A stretch of 64,000 nucleotides of DNA from Acidobacteriota bacterium (lineage in GTDB: Bacteria > Acidobacteriota > UBA6911 > RPQK01 > JAJDTT01). Below the pieces are notes generated by a model. It was not told the DNA's origin and did no database searches. It worked only from the letters and a program-made list of their open reading frames with translations. The DNA is taken from positions 3,200,001 to 3,264,000 of the forward strand of contig OZ242374.1 of assembly GCA_965209055.1 (NCBI GenBank), read 5' to 3'. Position 1 is the stretch's first letter. The number at the start of each line of letters is the position of its first letter. Positions 59,091-64,000 of this stretch are shown in pieces. Made by a program: the position numbers and the translations under genes.

Positions 59091-60971
59091 CTATTCCGGC
59101 ACGGTCAGGACCAGCGCCGACGCCCGGCCGGGGGAATGATAAACGGTGTTCACGGCCGTTTTCATGTGAGTGTGGCGGCCCAGGAACTCTCCCGTGTTGG
59201 GGTTGACGTCATAGAAGGGAAAGTTGCTGCTGGAGATGTCCAGACGGACCCGGTGCCCCTTGTGGAACCGGTTGGCCGTGTCCCAGAGGTCGACTTCCAC
59301 CCGGTAGACGGTGCCCGGCTCCATGAGTTCCTCCCGTTCCCGGGATTTGCGGAATCGCATCCTGAGGATGCCGTCCTCCAGGTTCATGGCGTACCCCTCC
59401 GGGTAGTCGCGAGAGGGCGGATAGACGTCCATGAGCTTGGCGGTGAAGTCGGTGTCCTTGGCCGTGGAGGAGACCCAGAGCTCCACCCGCATGGGACCGG
59501 CGATCTCCAGGTCCTCTTCCAGGGGCGGCGTCTGAAAGGAGAGCACGTCGGAACGGGAAGAGAGGGGCAGCAGGTCGGTGGCCGGGAAGTCCCCCTCCAG
59601 CGGGACCTGGTTGTGGGCGCCGCGGCGCACCAGGCGCTTGCCCGAGTCGATGTTACCGCCGATGGTGGGCACGGGGTTCCTGGGGTCGTATTCGAAGCCG
59701 CTCCGGCCCGTTTCTCGAGGCGGCTCGCGGCGGAGGCTGCCGTCGACGTGCAGGTACAGGCGCAGTTGCCGGGATTCCGCGGGGGGCCAGGTCTCGGAAG
59801 TCTTCCAGGCGCCGCCGCTCTGGAGCCTTCCTTTTTCGTTTCGCTTCGCCGTTTCGGCGCCCATGACGAAGTATCGGACGCGGGGCTTCTTGTCCAGGCC
59901 CAGGTCCTTTCCCTTGAGAAACTGGTCGAACCACCTCAACGCCTTCTTCCGGAGCGTCATCTTCGCCTCCGGGCCGAAGTCCACGTCCCCGGCATAGGTC
60001 TGCTGCGTGGAGTGGGTCCAGGGCCCCACCAGGAGCCGGACGTAGCCCTGCCGTCCGGTCACGCCCTGGAAGTTCTTCACGGTCCCGCGCTTGAAGATGT
60101 CGTACCAGCCGCCGATGTAGAAGATGGGGATGTCCGGGTACTGGGAATAACGCTCCTCGAAGTTGTAGCCGTTCTGCTTCCAGTAGTCGTCGTAGGTGGG
60201 ATGCGCTCGCCAGTCGGCGTACCACTTGGCGTAGGAGGGGGTCCAGGACAACGGGGAGGTGGACTTGAGGGGCGCCGCCATGAGCCAGCTTCGCAATTGC
60301 TCGTTGGCCCGGGTCATGGCCTCCAGCGTGGGCGTGTCTTCTTCCTGGTCCGGATCGGCGGGTTTGGTCTCCTTGCCCGTCTGAGCCAGGCGAAACCCGT
60401 AGACCATGTTGTGCAGCAGGGCGAAGGCCCCGCCGCGGCCCGCTCCGTCCTCGATGTAGTTGGAGGTGCCCACGTAGGCGAACATGGTCCTCAGATGGGG
60501 CGGCCTCAGGGCCGCCAGGGCGTTCTGGCAGGCGGCCGAATAGGATCCGCCGTAGGTCCCCACGTTGCCGTTGGACCAGGGTTGGGAGGCGATCCACTCC
60601 ACGGCGTCGTACCCGTCCTCCCCCTCGTTGACGTAGATGTAAAATTCCCCCTCCGAGTCGTGCCGGCCCCGCGTGTCCTGGATCGCCGCCGCGTAGCCGT
60701 GGGTGGTGAAGAACTCGGCGGTCGCGGCCGACCTGTGCTTCCCGTAGGGGTGCCGGACGAGGATGACGGGGAAGGGACCGGGAGGGGTGGTCTCGCCGTT
60801 GGGCAGGTAGACGTCGGTGGCCAGTCGGACGCCGTCGCGCATCGGCACCATGACGTTCTTCCAGATCCGGACCTGGATCGGGCCCTTGGGGGATTCGGCG
60901 TAGGAGAGGGGAGCCAATCCCAAGACTACGGCAGCCGAAGCGATCAACACACAGATTCTTCGAGGGGGCAT
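59091..60971 (-). CDS. CocE/NonD family hydrolase
   Basis: VPMRDGVRLATDVY, QDTRGR, GGSY, GGWYD, GPWTH, DISSSNFP. Confidence 0.92.
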   Translation of the reverse strand: MPPRRICVLIASAAVVLGLAPLSYAESPKGPIQVRIWKNVMVPMRDGVRLATDVYLPNGETTPPGPFPVILVRHPYGKHRSAATAEFFTTHGYAAAIQDTRGRHDSEGEFYIYVNEGEDGYDAVEWIASQPWSNGNVGTYGGSYSAACQNALAALRPPHLRTMFAYVGTSNYIEDGAGRGGAFALLHNMVYGFRLAQTGKETKPADPDQEEDTPTLEAMTRANEQLRSWLMAAPLKSTSPLSWTPSYAKWYADWRAHPTYDDYWKQNGYNFEERYSQYPDIPIFYIGGWYDIFKRGTVKNFQGVTGRQGYVRLLVGPWTHSTQQTYAGDVDFGPEAKMTLRKKALRWFDQFLKGKDLGLDKKPRVRYFVMGAETAKRNEKGRLQSGGAWKTSETWPPAESRQLRLYLHVDGSLRREPPRETGRSGFEYDPRNPVPTIGGNIDSGKRLVRRGAHNQVPLEGDFPATDLLPLSSRSDVLSFQTPPLEEDLEIAGPMRVELWVSSTAKDTDFTAKLMDVYPPSRDYPEGYAMNLEDGILRMRFRKSREREELMEPGTVYRVEVDLWDTANRFHKGHRVRLDISSSNFPFYDVNPNTGEFLGRHTHMKTAVNTVYHSPGRASALVLTVPE

Positions 60972-61190
60972 GGCAAATCCTCCAGTCGGTAATCCACAGC
61001 CAATCTACAGGAACCTCACAGGCTATCCACACCCGTCACGGACTCCGTGAATGCCGCGAGCCAGTTTAGTCCCGGCCGCCGGCATCTTCCACACGGTTCC
61101 GCCGCAGATCCGCCACGAGCCGTTTTGACCGGCCATGGCCTCCGTTCTATATTGTGAGCCCACTTGAAATTCCTGTAGGGAGCAAAACGA

Positions 61191-62234
61191 ATGACGAATC
61201 AATCGCATCGGGCAGTGATCATGGGTCTGGGCTACATCGGCGGCGCGGACCAGGTTTCGGGAGACGCCTTGGGACAGTTGGTGGTGGATCTGGACGGCAC
61301 CCACATCGACGCCCTGGCCAACCATCCCCGCGTCGACGTGGTGGCCGGGAGCAGCCGCGACCTGGGCCGGCGGCAGCGGTTCACCGAACGGACCGGGATC
61401 GGGACCTACGCCGACTGGCGGGAGATGCTGGAGCAGGAAAAGCCCGACATCGTAGGTGTGGCGACCTATACCCCGGTCCACAAGGAGATGACGGTGGCCT
61501 GCGCCCGCCAGGGTGTGCGGGCCATCCTTTGCGAGAAACCGATTGCCAACACCGCGGCCGACGGGCACGACATGGTGGACGCCTGCGAGGCAGCCGGGTC
61601 ATTGCTGGCCATCAACCACAACCGCCGGTACAACCCCAATTACCGGAGGCTGAGGGACCACATCGCCGCCGGGGGTCTGGGCAAGCTGACCTCGGTGACG
61701 GCCCAGTGGAGCAGCGGACGCCTGGGCAACGTGGGGACACATGTCTTCGACGCCATCCGATGCGTCACCGGCCGCCGGGTGGAAGCGGTCTCGGGGACCC
61801 TGGATCTGGCCGGCAAGCCCGACTGCCGGGGACCCGCGTTTCAGGACCCGGGAGGCTGGGGAGTGATGCGGTTGGAAGGGGGACTCATGACCACGGTGGA
61901 CGCCGCCGACTACGCCTGCGTCCCCATGGTGATCGGCTTCAACGGCACCGAGGGACGGGCCACCACCGGAGGCGAGGAGGTGCGGATCGAGTACTGGGAC
62001 GGCCGGAGCGAGGAGTGGCCCAGTCCCCGGGCTCAGGCCACCTCCATGGACGTGGCGGTCGTCGAGATCGTGGACTGGTTGGAGGGGACGGCGCCGTTTC
62101 CCTATCCGGCCGTGGAGGCCGTCGAGACCCTGGAAGCCATCGCCGGGTTCCACCTCTCCCACGCCCGCTCCGGAGCCTGGGTGGAACTGCCGCTCAAGGG
62201 CGAGGACCGGAATCACGTCGTGAATAGCGGGTAG
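61191..62234 (+). CDS. Gfo/Idh/MocA family oxidoreductase
   Basis: GLGYIG, CEKP, NHNRRY, GTH.FD. Confidence 0.88.
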   Translation: MTNQSHRAVIMGLGYIGGADQVSGDALGQLVVDLDGTHIDALANHPRVDVVAGSSRDLGRRQRFTERTGIGTYADWREMLEQEKPDIVGVATYTPVHKEMTVACARQGVRAILCEKPIANTAADGHDMVDACEAAGSLLAINHNRRYNPNYRRLRDHIAAGGLGKLTSVTAQWSSGRLGNVGTHVFDAIRCVTGRRVEAVSGTLDLAGKPDCRGPAFQDPGGWGVMRLEGGLMTTVDAADYACVPMVIGFNGTEGRATTGGEEVRIEYWDGRSEEWPSPRAQATSMDVAVVEIVDWLEGTAPFPYPAVEAVETLEAIAGFHLSHARSGAWVELPLKGEDRNHVVNSG

Positions 62235-62242
62235 GAGGCGAT

Positions 62243-62420
62243 TGGAGGGGCGACTTTCCTGTCGCCCATTCTTCCATGTTGCCTTGTGACTCCGCAGGCG
62301 GAAAGTGTAGAGGGGGACTCCGTCCCCCTCCCCCCCTTCTTGGCGACAGGAAAGTCGCCGGTCCCATCGGCGGTAAGAAAACCGCCGCTCCACCGGCGAC
62401 AGGAAAGTCGCTCCCGGCTC
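62243..62420. repeat. REP cluster between convergent genes
   Basis: ggcgactttcctgtcgcc, ggcgacaggaaagtcgc(c) twice, ggcggtaagaaaaccgccgctcc. Confidence 0.75.
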
Positions 62421-62427
62421 CCGGCTC

Positions 62428-63759
62428 CTATTCGGCCTGGGCCCGGGCGATGGCCCGGCCGGTGGCTTCGATGAGGCCGTCGATGTCCTCATCGGTCATG
62501 GGCAGAGAGAGGCAGCACATGCCCAGCGTGTGACCCAGGAAGTAGCCCTCTTCCAGCAGGGCCAGGAAGGTGGGAGAGACCAGCGAGCCGTCGACGGTCG
62601 TCATGTCCCGGTAGTTTCGCAATTCGCGATCGCTGAAGTAGATGCTGAAGACGGACCCGGTGTTGACGCACTGGGCGACGATCCCCTTCCGGGCGAACAT
62701 CTCGTTGAGGCCGGAGGTGAGCCGGTCCCCCAGCCGGTTCAGGTGGTCGCACGCCTGGGGCGTCAGTTCCCGGAGCATGGCCAGGCCGGCCGCCATGGCC
62801 AGGGGATGGGCGCTGAAGGTCCCGCTCTGGGAGAAGCCCGACGGCGGCTTGCTGTTGTCCAGGAGATCCATCATGTCGGCCCGGCCTCCGAACGCACCCA
62901 CGGGAAAGCCGCCGCCCACGATCTTTCCGAAGCAGGTCAGGTCCGGGTCGATGCCGTAAACCGCCTGCAGTCCCCCTGGTGACGAGCGGAAGGCGACGAT
63001 CTCGTCGAAGATGAGCAGGACGCCGTTCTCCCGGGTGATTCGCCGGACCGCCCGGGCGAACTCGGGCCGGGTGTGCAGGATTCCGCACCTGGGATCGAAG
63101 ATCACGCAGGCCAGATCGTCCCGATTCTCCACGATGAGCCGTTCCGCCGCTTCCTCGTCGTTGTAGGGCAGGATCAGGACTTCGTCAGCCACGCTGGGGG
63201 AACTGCCGCCCGCTCCGGGGACCGAGTGGGGCGCATGGGCCGGGCCCGCCTTGTCGAGAGGCGGCGCCACGCTGACTTCCACCAGATCGTGACTGCCGTG
63301 ATAGCCCCCTTCCAACTTGGCGATCTTGGTCTTCCCGGAAAATCCGCGAGCCAGCCGGATCGCGTGCAGCGTGGCTTCGGTTCCCGAGTTGACGAAGCGG
63401 ATCCGGTCCACGGAGTCGACCCGGCGGCACATCTCCTCGGCGATCTCGGCTTCCGGCCCCATGGGAGCGCCCACGGCCAGGCCTCTGGACATCTGGGTCC
63501 GGACGGCCTCCATCACCCGCGGGTGGTTGTGACCCAGCACCTGTGCCGTGTGGTGATTGGCGCAGTCCAGGTACTTGTTCCCGTCCACGTCCCAGAGATG
63601 GCAGCCTTCTCCCCGATCCATGGACAGGGGATAGGGACGGTAGTAGTAAGCCCCTTTGGCCGGACCCGCCGTGAACGAGGTTCCCGCCTCGTACATCTCC
63701 CGCGACCGGGTTGTCCGGGCACGAAAACTCTCCGCAATCGAGGCAACGCTCTGAGTCAT
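62428..63759 (-). CDS. Class III aminotransferase (glutamate-1-semialdehyde aminomutase-like)
   Basis: WDVDGNKYLD, NSGTEA, GGYHG, LIFDEI, FGKIVGGGFPVGAFGG, SGTF. Confidence 0.9.
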   Translation of the reverse strand: MTQSVASIAESFRARTTRSREMYEAGTSFTAGPAKGAYYYRPYPLSMDRGEGCHLWDVDGNKYLDCANHHTAQVLGHNHPRVMEAVRTQMSRGLAVGAPMGPEAEIAEEMCRRVDSVDRIRFVNSGTEATLHAIRLARGFSGKTKIAKLEGGYHGSHDLVEVSVAPPLDKAGPAHAPHSVPGAGGSSPSVADEVLILPYNDEEAAERLIVENRDDLACVIFDPRCGILHTRPEFARAVRRITRENGVLLIFDEIVAFRSSPGGLQAVYGIDPDLTCFGKIVGGGFPVGAFGGRADMMDLLDNSKPPSGFSQSGTFSAHPLAMAAGLAMLRELTPQACDHLNRLGDRLTSGLNEMFARKGIVAQCVNTGSVFSIYFSDRELRNYRDMTTVDGSLVSPTFLALLEEGYFLGHTLGMCCLSLPMTDEDIDGLIEATGRAIARAQAE

Positions 63760-63852
63760 GAATCTCTCCTCACCCAATTTTTCAAAAAATCCGGAATCAC
63801 AAATCCGCGAAAGGATAACCCGGTCCCAAGGGAGATGTCGAACGCAGCGGCG

Positions 63853-64000
63853 TCAGTCTCTTCCCGAGTCCCGGCAGCCCTTCTCTTCGTCCACGTACCG
63901 GAGCATCCAGAGGCCGGCGGCGAAAAAGAGGAGCATGGTCGACATGCCCACCCTCTGGGAGTTGAACTGGCTGGTCAACACGCCCACCAGCAGGGGGCCC
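63853..64000 (-). CDS. C-terminal end of an MFS transporter (truncated by the window edge)
   Basis: GPLLVGVLTSQFNSQRVGMSTMLLFFAAGLWMLRYVDEEKG. Confidence 0.6.
   Translation of the reverse strand, partial: GPLLVGVLTSQFNSQRVGMSTMLLFFAAGLWMLRYVDEEKGCRDSGRD

Overview
GC-rich bacterial window, probably from an Acidobacteriota/Planctomycetota-like heterotroph (inferred only from gene content). The left half (about 1-32.9 kb) is a defence and mobile-element hotspot. It holds a GmrSD-like type IV restriction enzyme, a DUF5131+TcmP pair, an HNH nuclease plus a RipA-like membrane protein, a type I RM locus with a truncated hsdM, many toxin-antitoxin loci (several decayed), a SprT-like protease and two uncharacterised low-GC gene pairs. 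It also holds complete IS3, IS5 and IS4 elements with terminal repeats and target duplications, and IS1182 and IS1595 remnants. The right half is mostly metabolic: TonB receptors, sodium:solute symporters (one with an FHA-like insertion), an octaheme+tetraheme cytochrome module, PQQ dehydrogenases with cytochromes, ppk2 and iolG, punctuated by REP elements and a 7x80-bp REP array. The most striking unexplained structure is architectural. A ~25-bp imperfect palindrome (consensus about GGAGAAGGGGACAGTCACCTTCTCC) sits at most borders of defence/TA cargo and repeatedly abuts truncated copies of neighbouring host genes, giving arrays of 'anchor copy + different cargo' units. All family assignments come from motif recognition by eye; no database searches were run.
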